Shown here: positions 11,344 through 19,612 of the stretch, piece after piece
Position numbering within the stretch: the stretch's first letter is position 1
Layout of the letters: every line of letters starts with the position of its first letter
Assembly: GCA_964645605.1 (NCBI GenBank)
Contig: CAZYCE010000001.1
Coordinates: 128,063-192,062 of the forward strand
DNA length: 64,000 bases
From: an uncultured Gammaproteobacteria bacterium
GTDB taxonomy: Bacteria > Patescibacteriota > Microgenomatia > UBA8517
Direction of reading: 5' to 3'
Notes under the pieces: generated by a model
Told to the model about the DNA's origin: nothing
Databases searched by the model: none
Seen by the model: the letters and a program-made list of their open reading frames with translations, nothing else
Position numbers and translations under genes: made by a program

Positions 11344-13563
11344 CTAAAGAGGATAATTGATAGTTGCCGAAGCGGAGGCAAAAGAACAGGTTAGGCAGTA
11401 GATGGCACCATTAGGATCGGTATATATGGGTTTATTTTCAGTGTGAACCTGATCCGGGGGATCGGTAGGGGCGGCCAGCTGCCCCGTGGCATTATTAATA
11501 AAAACATCTTGGTTGACGATATTAGGCGTTGCGGGAACTGTACCGGAAAGAAAATATTCAAACCTGGTTGCACAGCCCGGATTGGCTGGATCCTGCGAAG
11601 GAGGCGCTCCACCCGTATCGGCACAAACGGTCGCCCCAACTACCCCGTCCGGCTGTTTTGGCCAGGCGTGCCCTTTTTCATTTTGGTCATAAGCTCCCGA
11701 CTCTGCCTTAGTCAGCACCGCTTTCATAATTTTATTCCAGATAGGAGAGGCGCCGGAGACTCCCGATACTGCTCCACCCATGGGGGTGTTGTCGTTATTT
11801 CCGACCCAGGCAACGACGACGGCATTAGCAGAATATCCCACGGTCCAGTTGTCACGGCGGTCATTTGTGGTGCCGGTTTTTACTGAAACTTCAGGGTGAC
11901 CCGAGACGTTAAGATATGAACTTGGGCCAAAAGCCGCACTCCTTGCGTTATTATCGTAAAGTGTGTGAGAAATTAAGAATGTTACAGTCGGTTCCAAGAC
12001 CCTCGGCCCTGTCAATGTGTTTTTGCTCACGTCATGTTCTTCAAGAGTATTTCCTTTCCAGTCAGTAACTTTTGTGATTGCAACAAGAGGCTGTTCAACG
12101 CCCTGATTTGCAAAAACTCCGAACGCTACCGCCATGTCATAGGGGCGCACCAGAACCCCTCCCAAAGTTGCTGAAAGACCATAGTCTTTAGGGTCTGTGA
12201 GGGTTGTGATTCCCATTTGTTTAGCAAAATCTATAAAGTTTTCCAAGCCGTTTAGAGCCAAAACTTTGACTGCAGGAATATTGTAAGAATTCCCTAAGGC
12301 GAATCTAGCCTGCACCAGTCCATGAAACGTGCCATCGTAGTTTACGGGGCAATAATTTGCCTGGCCGAACACTTTAAAACAAGTGGGGATATCCGCGAGA
12401 GCTGTTGCCAGGGTAATTTTTTGATCTCTCAAGGCAAGGGCATAATTAAGCGGTTTGATGGAGCTTCCGGGTTGTCTTTGGGACAGCACGACATTTACCT
12501 TTCCGTCTTCATCTGTGGCAAAATAATCTTTGGATCCAACCATTGCCAGAATTTCTCCCGTTGAAGGTCTGGTGACAATTGCGGCTCCGTTTCCGACTTT
12601 CTGTTTGGTTAGTTTGCCGACTTCGGTAGCTACAGCTTGTTGAGCAAAGTTTTGGATATCTAGATCAAGTGTCGTATAAACTCTTAAGCCGCCCTGCTCA
12701 ACGGTTTTTTCTCCATATTTTTCGGCTAATTGCTCTTTGATCCAAAGCGCAAAGTGAGTTGCCTCAGAAGGCTTGATGCTTGTATAATTTAGTGCCTCAG
12801 CGTTTGCCCGATCAGATTCATCCTGAGTGATGTATTTGTTGAAAACCATTTGTTTTAATACTTCCTGCTGTCTTCCCTTAGCCATTTCCGGGTGGGCCCC
12901 AAATGGAGAATAAGTTGATGGTCTTTGAGGAAGACCTGCCAAAAGAGCTGATTCTGAAAGGTTAAGATCTTTTGCCGGTTTTCCGAAGTAGGTTTCGGAA
13001 GCCGACTCGATTCCATAGGCCGTTCCTCCGTAAGGAATTGTATTTAAGTACATTTCTAAGATTTGATCTTTGGAATATACTGACTCAACGATAATAGTCA
13101 AAACAAGTTCCTGAGCTTTTCTTCTCACGGTTCTTTCATCGCTTAACAAAGACTTTTTTACAAGTTGCTGGGAAATAGTTGATCCACCTTGAAGTTCGTG
13201 CTTAAAAATAGTGTTATAAAGCGCCCTGACAATTCCTGTATAGGAAACTCCCTGGTGTTTGTAGAAGTCTTTGTCTTCTATGGATATAGTAGCCTCTTTA
13301 ATATGGTCAGGAATCTCATTTAACTTAATTGGAGTTCTCCTTTTATCCGTGTATATTTCATAAATAAGTTTACCGTTTCTGTCGAAAATTTTTGTTGAAA
13401 CAGGCATGGGTTGGGAGATTAGTTTGGTGGGGAAGGGGATTCCCCAAAAAAGATATACTGCCACACTGGTTACAAAACCCCAGTAGAAAACGGCTTTAAC
13501 ACCGTGTCTGGTTGAGAAAAGCCCTTTAAATTTTTTGCCAATAAACGAAAGCACTTTTTTCAT
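11344..13563 (-). CDS. Class A penicillin-binding protein (PBP1A family), tandem paralogue
   Basis: EDKDFY, GGSTISQQLVK, SSIK, SYN and KTGT motifs. Confidence 0.96.
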   Translation of the reverse strand: MKKVLSFIGKKFKGLFSTRHGVKAVFYWGFVTSVAVYLFWGIPFPTKLISQPMPVSTKIFDRNGKLIYEIYTDKRRTPIKLNEIPDHIKEATISIEDKDFYKHQGVSYTGIVRALYNTIFKHELQGGSTISQQLVKKSLLSDERTVRRKAQELVLTIIVESVYSKDQILEMYLNTIPYGGTAYGIESASETYFGKPAKDLNLSESALLAGLPQRPSTYSPFGAHPEMAKGRQQEVLKQMVFNKYITQDESDRANAEALNYTSIKPSEATHFALWIKEQLAEKYGEKTVEQGGLRVYTTLDLDIQNFAQQAVATEVGKLTKQKVGNGAAIVTRPSTGEILAMVGSKDYFATDEDGKVNVVLSQRQPGSSIKPLNYALALRDQKITLATALADIPTCFKVFGQANYCPVNYDGTFHGLVQARFALGNSYNIPAVKVLALNGLENFIDFAKQMGITTLTDPKDYGLSATLGGVLVRPYDMAVAFGVFANQGVEQPLVAITKVTDWKGNTLEEHDVSKNTLTGPRVLEPTVTFLISHTLYDNNARSAAFGPSSYLNVSGHPEVSVKTGTTNDRRDNWTVGYSANAVVVAWVGNNDNTPMGGAVSGVSGASPIWNKIMKAVLTKAESGAYDQNEKGHAWPKQPDGVVGATVCADTGGAPPSQDPANPGCATRFEYFLSGTVPATPNIVNQDVFINNATGQLAAPTDPPDQVHTENKPIYTDPNGAIYCLTCSFASASATINYPL

Positions 13564-13621
13564 TTGGAAGGAAACTATCTTACATTATATTACACTGCGA
13601 ATCAAAAAAACTTTTGCTACA

Positions 13622-14146
13622 ATGTATAAAGGTATGGAAGCACTGGAATCTCTGAAATCAAAGCCATGGTGGAGTTATTTGGGGGGGGACATCCAAAAAC
13701 TTCTTTTAACCTCTCAGTTTATTTACGATGCCGTTGAAAGTTGGGGAGTGGATTTGCCGGGTGGAAAAAAACAATTCCATGATTATTCTTTTGTAATTTT
13801 CCCTGCCGCTAAAGCCTATGAAGGTTTTCTGAAAAAAATATTTTTGGATATGGGTTTTATCACTCAGGAGGATTACTTCGGTAAACATTTTAGGATAGGC
13901 AAATCACTTAATCCCTCTTTGCCTAAGGAGTTGAGGCGTGAAAGTGTGTATGACAGAATTGTGACATATTGTGGCGGTCGAATACTTGCAGATAACCTTT
14001 GGGAAACATGGAGGGTATGCAGAAACTTGCCTTTCCACTGGTTTCCAAATGAAAAAAATGCAATAACCCTGCCTGAAGCAAAGGCAAGAATAGAAATGAT
14101 TGTCAATGCCATGGACAAGGCATTTGAAGGGTGCAAACTAAAATAA
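13622..14146 (+). CDS. Putative HEPN-domain protein (RnlA/LsoA C-terminal-like)
   Basis: DYSFVIFPAAKAYEGFLKK helix and R-X4-H motif RNLPFH; start 13622 or 13634. Confidence 0.6.
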   Translation: MYKGMEALESLKSKPWWSYLGGDIQKLLLTSQFIYDAVESWGVDLPGGKKQFHDYSFVIFPAAKAYEGFLKKIFLDMGFITQEDYFGKHFRIGKSLNPSLPKELRRESVYDRIVTYCGGRILADNLWETWRVCRNLPFHWFPNEKNAITLPEAKARIEMIVNAMDKAFEGCKLK

Positions 14147-14218
14147 ATGTTTATACCAATCTAAACTCGGTGTAAAATATGTTTAGCACCTCGGTGTTCG
14201 GTGTAGAACAAAGTAGAG

Positions 14219-14869
14219 ATGACAACCGCAAAAACAACCATAATTAAACACGTAACTATTTTTTCCGTCTATTTAATCCTAATTTGGTCATTTTATCGCT
14301 TTCTTTTTAAGTTGCCGGATTCAGTTGAGGAACTTTTTATAAAACCTGTTCTTTGGTTGGTTCCGATTTTTTGGCTAAATATAAAAGAGAAATTCCCGAT
14401 TTCATCGATAGGTATAACTTTTAAAAATTTATTTCCATCTATTTATCTTTCTTTAGGCCTTGGGGCGATTTTTGTAATTGAGGCTGTTTTGACAAACCTT
14501 TTTAAGTATGGGCATTTTAATTTTGCTGCAAACATAGGTAATTTGCCGATTCTTTCCTCTTTCGGGATCTCATTTGCCACAGCTCTGTCCGAAGAAACTG
14601 CTTTTAGGGGGTATATTTTCGGTAGGCTCTGGTTAGTTTTGAAAGACGAATGGGCTGCAAATATTGCAAGTTCTCTTGCCTGGACTATTGTACATATACC
14701 AATTGCTTTCTTTGTCTGGAAATTGAATTTTGTGTCAGGAATTTTCTACCTATTTATCACGGCCATTTTCGGAATTGGGTCGGCATTTGTTTTTGGGAGA
14801 ACCAAAAATATCGCGGGCTCAATAATCCTGCACGTGCTTTGGGAATGGCCAATAATACTTTTTCGCTAA
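14219..14869 (+). CDS. CPBP/Abi (CAAX protease-like) intramembrane metalloprotease
   Basis: EETAFRG, W..VH and H..W motifs; multi-TM. Confidence 0.88.
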   Translation: MTTAKTTIIKHVTIFSVYLILIWSFYRFLFKLPDSVEELFIKPVLWLVPIFWLNIKEKFPISSIGITFKNLFPSIYLSLGLGAIFVIEAVLTNLFKYGHFNFAANIGNLPILSSFGISFATALSEETAFRGYIFGRLWLVLKDEWAANIASSLAWTIVHIPIAFFVWKLNFVSGIFYLFITAIFGIGSAFVFGRTKNIAGSIILHVLWEWPIILFR

Positions 14870-14912
14870 CTTGATTTGATTAGACGTTCGAAGTAGCATT
14901 GTAGTTACCCTG

Positions 14913-15533
14913 ATGAAAAAAATTTTGCTGGCGATTGTCGTTTTTGCATTTGCTTTTACAATCCTCCTGATTTCGATTTTTGACTCCTCCGTCATTACCT
15001 ATCCGACTTCTCAATTTGTTCCAGAGACGCTTGAAAATTCAGAGATGCCCAACATCGAATATCCGCTTCCGAAGGCCGGAAAGGTGTTACCGGATAATCC
15101 ACTTTGGAAACTTAAGGCGTTAAGGGACAAAATCTGGTTCGAGATGACAACATCTCACTTGAGAAAGGCTCAACTCGCACTTCTTTTTGCCGACAAAAGG
15201 CTTGTGATGTCTCAGGAGCTTTTTCAAAAAGGGGAGGCAGACATTGCACTCCAGACTTTTACGAAAGCGGAAAAATATTTACCAATTGCGGTTGAACAAG
15301 AAAAAATTGCCAGAGAGCAAGGATATGACACAAACAATTTCTTGTTACAGATGGCTCTGGCTTCCTTGAAGCACAGAGAAATAGCTGGGCATTTGATGCA
15401 GTTAGCCCCAGTTAGTACCCGACCCATAATTGCCCAAAGTGAAATTTACGCAAATGACACATATAAAGCTGCCGTGGAGGCTTTAAATACTAAAGGAATT
15501 TCTATGCCGAAAGACCCGTTTACTGGGGATTAA
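14913..15533 (+). CDS. DUF5667-like protein
   Basis: LPDNPLWKLKALRDKI...ADKRL pattern. Confidence 0.7.
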   Translation: MKKILLAIVVFAFAFTILLISIFDSSVITYPTSQFVPETLENSEMPNIEYPLPKAGKVLPDNPLWKLKALRDKIWFEMTTSHLRKAQLALLFADKRLVMSQELFQKGEADIALQTFTKAEKYLPIAVEQEKIAREQGYDTNNFLLQMALASLKHREIAGHLMQLAPVSTRPIIAQSEIYANDTYKAAVEALNTKGISMPKDPFTGD

Positions 15534-15678
15534 GAGCTTCAATTGCCGTATTTTTTTATACTATTTTTCCACTTGCCAAAAATATCTAGAAATTATTTCC
15601 GCAAAAACTTCAGGAATTAGCAAAAACGCACGCACCCCCCGAGCTTAAGATGATATGTTTTGAACAAAATCTTACTAG

Positions 15679-15731
15679 TTGACAGTCTACTGGTAGTGTT
15701 TATAAATTAACATGGTCACTATTTGTAGAGT
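15679..15731 (+). promoter_or_regulatory. Sigma70-like promoter overlapped by two candidate NrdR boxes
   Basis: TTGACA 15679 and TATAAA 15701; boxes agtCTACTGGTAGtgt (15684-15699) and tcaCTATTTGTAGagt (15716-15731), 32 bp apart, directly upstream of nrdR-nrdJ. Confidence 0.65.
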
Positions 15732-15764
15732 ATTTACTTTACATGCGTGAAACGTTATAGAAAT

Positions 15765-16199
15765 ATGAAATGTCCCTTTTGTGGAACTGCTGAAACAAGT
15801 GTTTTAGAAAGTAGGACCGCCGAAGACGGCTCTATTAGAAGGAGAAGAGAATGCGGTAAGTGCGGGAAGAGATTTTCCACGATTGAGCAGATAAAAAGAA
15901 GTTTTCTATGGGTAATCAAAAAGGATGGCAGAAGAGAAGTTTTTGATAAAGAAAAAATCAAAAAGGGAATACTAAGAGCCATCGAAAAGCGTCCGGTTTC
16001 GCTAGATTTGGTAGATGATATTACGGACCAAATTGAAATGGAAATGTTAAGGGGCGAAAAGCAGGAAATTTCCTCAAGGGTAATCGGAAGTGCGGTCTTG
16101 AAAAGATTGAAAAAAGTAGATAAAGTAGCCTGGCTTAGATTTGCTAGCGTATATCTGGAATTTGAGGATTTGAGCGATTTTGAAAAATTAATTAAATAA
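15765..16199 (+). CDS. nrdR: Transcriptional repressor NrdR
   Basis: MKCPFC...IRRRREC..C..RFST zinc ribbon, ATP cone, RFASVY. Confidence 0.97.
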   Translation: MKCPFCGTAETSVLESRTAEDGSIRRRRECGKCGKRFSTIEQIKRSFLWVIKKDGRREVFDKEKIKKGILRAIEKRPVSLDLVDDITDQIEMEMLRGEKQEISSRVIGSAVLKRLKKVDKVAWLRFASVYLEFEDLSDFEKLIK

Positions 16200-16201
16200 A
16201 T

Positions 16202-18670
16202 ATGGCATTACAAACAGTAAAAAGAACTAAAAAAAAGATTAAGGCATCAAGAAAAAGAATTGTCTATAAAAACGGGGAGACAAAAATAACTTTGGAAGAT
16301 CTTATAGCTCCTTCATATGAGGAAATAATGTCTGAAGTATTCAGAAAAGTAGGAAAAAGGCCCGAAAGAGATCCCCAACTACCTGTGGGAATTTGGACGG
16401 AGCAAGCGTTAAAAGTTCTTGAAGAAAGATATCTTATTAAAGATGAAAAACTACAACCGATAGAAACACCGGAAGATATGATTTGGAGAGTTGCGTGGGA
16501 GATGGCTTCTGCTGAGGCAAGGTGGGGCAAGAAGAGGAAAGAAGTTGAGGTTATTGCTAAGGAATTTTATAACCTGATGATTTCCAAAGAATTCTTGCCA
16601 AATTCTCCCACCTTGATGAATGCAGGCACCGGAAACGGTCTTCAATATTCTGCGTGTTTTGTTTTGCCGGTTGAAGATTCAATGGAGGGCATTTTTGATG
16701 CTTTGAAATACCAAGCTTTAATCCATAAAACCGGAGGCGGCACAGGATTTTCATTTAGTAGGCTTAGGGAAGGGGGCTCTGTTGTTAAAACTTCTTCAGG
16801 AATCGCATCGGGGCCGGTTTCTTTCATGAGAATTTTTGATGCTGCGACAAATGAAGTGAAACAAGGCGGAAAAAGAAGGGGGGCAAATATGGGTATACTA
16901 CGCGTGGACCATCCTGATATTTTAGAATTTATCCATTGTAAAGAGACAGGAGGTATAACAAATTTCAATATATCTGTCGCAATTACCGACAAATTTGTCG
17001 AAGCTTATTATAAGGATGAAGAGTATGAACTAATAAGTCCTAAAGCAAAAACAGTTGTTGGAACTCTTTCCGCAAGGCACGTATTTGATGAAATTGCAGA
17101 AGTTGCTTGGAAAACAGGAGACCCGGGCCTTATTTTTATAGACAGGATTAATCAGGGAAGCGCCAACCCCATTCCGGCGCTTGGCCCTATCGAATCAACA
17201 AATCCTTGTGGCGAACAACCGCTCTACCCCTTTGATGTTTGTAATCTCGGAAGTATCTTTTTGACCTACTTTATTAAAGATAAAGACGGCAAGAAAGAGG
17301 TGGATTGGAAAAGACTTCAGAAAGTAATCCATCAAGCGGTCAGATTTCTGGATAACGTCATTGAGGTTAATCCTTTTCCACTTCCGCAAATCAGAAAAGT
17401 CGCCTTCAACGTCAGGAGAATAGGTCTTGGGGTGGGGGGGTGGTCGGACCTGTTAATTGGGCTTGGAATTGCCTATGACAGCAACGAAGCAATAGAGCTG
17501 GCCGAAAAAGTGATGAAGTTTGTTCAGGATGAAGCCGTTTCCGCATCCGAGGAATTGGCAAAACAAAGAGGTCCGTTTTTTCTGTACCCGGTTTCAATTT
17601 ACAGAGAAAAAACTCCCAGAAGGCACTCGGCGGTTACAACGATAGCCCCAACCGGAACAATCTCGATAATTGCTGGAGCAAGTAGCGGAATCGAGCCCTT
17701 GTTTGCAATTGCATATCAACATATTGTCAAAGATAAACATTTGGATAGAAAACTTTCTTTTGTAAATCCCGAGTTCGAAAAAGTAGCAAAGGCGCGTGGC
17801 TTTTGGTCGGAAGATTTGATGGCCAAAGTTTCCGAAAGGGGAGTGGTTAGGGGTATTCCTGAAATTCCGGAGGATGTCAAACGGGTTTTTGGAACCGCTC
17901 ATGAAATCGACATCGATTGGCACATTAAAACGCAGGCAGCCTTTCAAAAATATACGGAAAATGCTGTCAGTAAAACCATAAATTTGAGACACGATGCAAC
18001 CGTAGATGATGTTAAGAAAGCATATTTATCCGCCTGGGAGGGCGGTTGTAAGGGAATTACTATATTCAGAGACGGCAGCAAGGGGGAACAAGTGCTGAAC
18101 TTGGGGTTAAATAAAAAGGAGGATATTAAAGAGGTTGAAGCAGGTGCCAGCCAGATAATTTTGGATAGGCCTGTAAAAGTCGAAGGGGCAACATATAGGA
18201 TCGTTACCCCGCTGGGAAGCGCGTTTATCACTGTAAATCAGGACGCCGCTGGAAATCCTTTTGAAGTTTTTATAACAATCGGAAAGGCGGGAAGTGAAGT
18301 TGCTGCAATGGCGGAAGCCCTTGGTCGCATGATTTCAACGACACTTAGATTTGGTAATCATAAGCCACCAATGGAAAGGGCGCGTGAGATTGTGGAACAG
18401 CTTAGGGGAATAGGCGGGGGAAGATCGGTAGGATTCGGGCCAAACAAAGTTAGATCCCTTCCTGATGCCGTTGCAAAAGCTATCTCAATGCATTTCGGAT
18501 TTAACGGTGATCAGTCAGTAAGCCATGAAATTCCGCCGCAGGTGGGGAGTGCTCCCAATCAGGAAGAAAACGGGGTTGTTGGCGATATTTGTCCCGCCTG
18601 TGGTTCTCCTGCCCTTGTCTATCAGGAGGGTTGCTCCAAATGTTTTGCCTGTGGGCACTCTGAATGCTAA
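16202..18670 (+). CDS. nrdJ: Adenosylcobalamin-dependent (class II) ribonucleotide reductase
   Basis: PNSPTLMNAG, SACFV, TNPCGEQ, TIAPTGT and C-terminal CPAC...CFACGHSEC. Confidence 0.96.
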   Translation: MALQTVKRTKKKIKASRKRIVYKNGETKITLEDLIAPSYEEIMSEVFRKVGKRPERDPQLPVGIWTEQALKVLEERYLIKDEKLQPIETPEDMIWRVAWEMASAEARWGKKRKEVEVIAKEFYNLMISKEFLPNSPTLMNAGTGNGLQYSACFVLPVEDSMEGIFDALKYQALIHKTGGGTGFSFSRLREGGSVVKTSSGIASGPVSFMRIFDAATNEVKQGGKRRGANMGILRVDHPDILEFIHCKETGGITNFNISVAITDKFVEAYYKDEEYELISPKAKTVVGTLSARHVFDEIAEVAWKTGDPGLIFIDRINQGSANPIPALGPIESTNPCGEQPLYPFDVCNLGSIFLTYFIKDKDGKKEVDWKRLQKVIHQAVRFLDNVIEVNPFPLPQIRKVAFNVRRIGLGVGGWSDLLIGLGIAYDSNEAIELAEKVMKFVQDEAVSASEELAKQRGPFFLYPVSIYREKTPRRHSAVTTIAPTGTISIIAGASSGIEPLFAIAYQHIVKDKHLDRKLSFVNPEFEKVAKARGFWSEDLMAKVSERGVVRGIPEIPEDVKRVFGTAHEIDIDWHIKTQAAFQKYTENAVSKTINLRHDATVDDVKKAYLSAWEGGCKGITIFRDGSKGEQVLNLGLNKKEDIKEVEAGASQIILDRPVKVEGATYRIVTPLGSAFITVNQDAAGNPFEVFITIGKAGSEVAAMAEALGRMISTTLRFGNHKPPMERAREIVEQLRGIGGGRSVGFGPNKVRSLPDAVAKAISMHFGFNGDQSVSHEIPPQVGSAPNQEENGVVGDICPACGSPALVYQEGCSKCFACGHSEC

Positions 18671-18707
18671 TGCATCCAATTAATAATTTATAATTTACAA
18701 TTCACAA

Positions 18708-19232
18708 ATGAGGATTTACACAAGGAAGGGGGATAAAGGAGAGACGGAAACTTTTGGTGGTAAAAAGATTTCTAAAGACGATCTCCTTATCGAAGTTCTG
18801 GGAACGATTGATGAGGTAAACAGTTTTCTTGGTCTATCCGCTTCACTTTTGGACGAGAAATATTTAATTAGCAAAATTACTCAAATCCAAAAAACTCTTT
18901 TTAGACTTGGATCGATAATTGCAGGGGCGGGGGGCAGTATTCCTAAAACAATTGTATCCAAATACGAAAAAGAGATTGATGAGTGGACGAAAATGATGCC
19001 GTCTTTGAAAAATTTTATCTTTCCGGGTGGAACAGCATCTGCATCCTCAATTTTTGTAGCCAGAGCCGTTGTAAGAAGATTGGAAAGACTTTTAGTGCAG
19101 TTGCGAAATTCACCGTTTGTACTACACGATTCGATCTTCATTTATATCAACAGGCTTAGCGACTATCTATTTACATTGGCGCGCTATATAAACTTTAGGC
19201 AAAAGATCAAAGAGTCAACTTGGATCAAATAG
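18708..19232 (+). CDS. pduO: PduO-type cob(I)alamin adenosyltransferase
   Basis: IYTRKGDKGET, GTIDEVNS, RRLER and NRLSDYLF motifs. Confidence 0.93.
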   Translation: MRIYTRKGDKGETETFGGKKISKDDLLIEVLGTIDEVNSFLGLSASLLDEKYLISKITQIQKTLFRLGSIIAGAGGSIPKTIVSKYEKEIDEWTKMMPSLKNFIFPGGTASASSIFVARAVVRRLERLLVQLRNSPFVLHDSIFIYINRLSDYLFTLARYINFRQKIKESTWIK

Positions 19233-19255
19233 TGGATTGATATACAATTGTATAT

Positions 19256-19612
19256 ATGCCTGCCACGCCAGAAGTTCAAAAACTGGGTCAGCCTGAGATA
19301 CAAGAAATTAATAAGGACGCAGAGTTTATTGTGCCCGAAACGCTTCAACAAAGTACCGGCGTACAGGTTGTCCAGAAAAATTTTAATGCTCAGATTAAAG
19401 ATGATCATGGGACTCCTTTAATACAAACTCCGCCCACTCGAGTAATTACGGTTCAACCTCCTGAGGTTTCGGATGAGCTGGAAAATTGGGCAAAAGGTTC
19501 GGCCGAATCCTCAAAGACATGGCTCGGGGCATTTTGGCTTAGGATTATCAAAAAAGCTCAGCTTTTTGGTTGGAAAATTCTTGGAAAGGAGAAAACAAAT
19601 GCAACCGCTTGA
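19256..19612 (+). CDS. Hypothetical protein
   Basis: Operonic ORF of 118 aa. Confidence 0.65.
   Translation: MPATPEVQKLGQPEIQEINKDAEFIVPETLQQSTGVQVVQKNFNAQIKDDHGTPLIQTPPTRVITVQPPEVSDELENWAKGSAESSKTWLGAFWLRIIKKAQLFGWKILGKEKTNATA

Noticed and set aside
14166-14205. Three short TCGGTGT repeats upstream of the CPBP gene
   Set aside because: Too short and irregular to call an operator or mobile repeat from this window alone.
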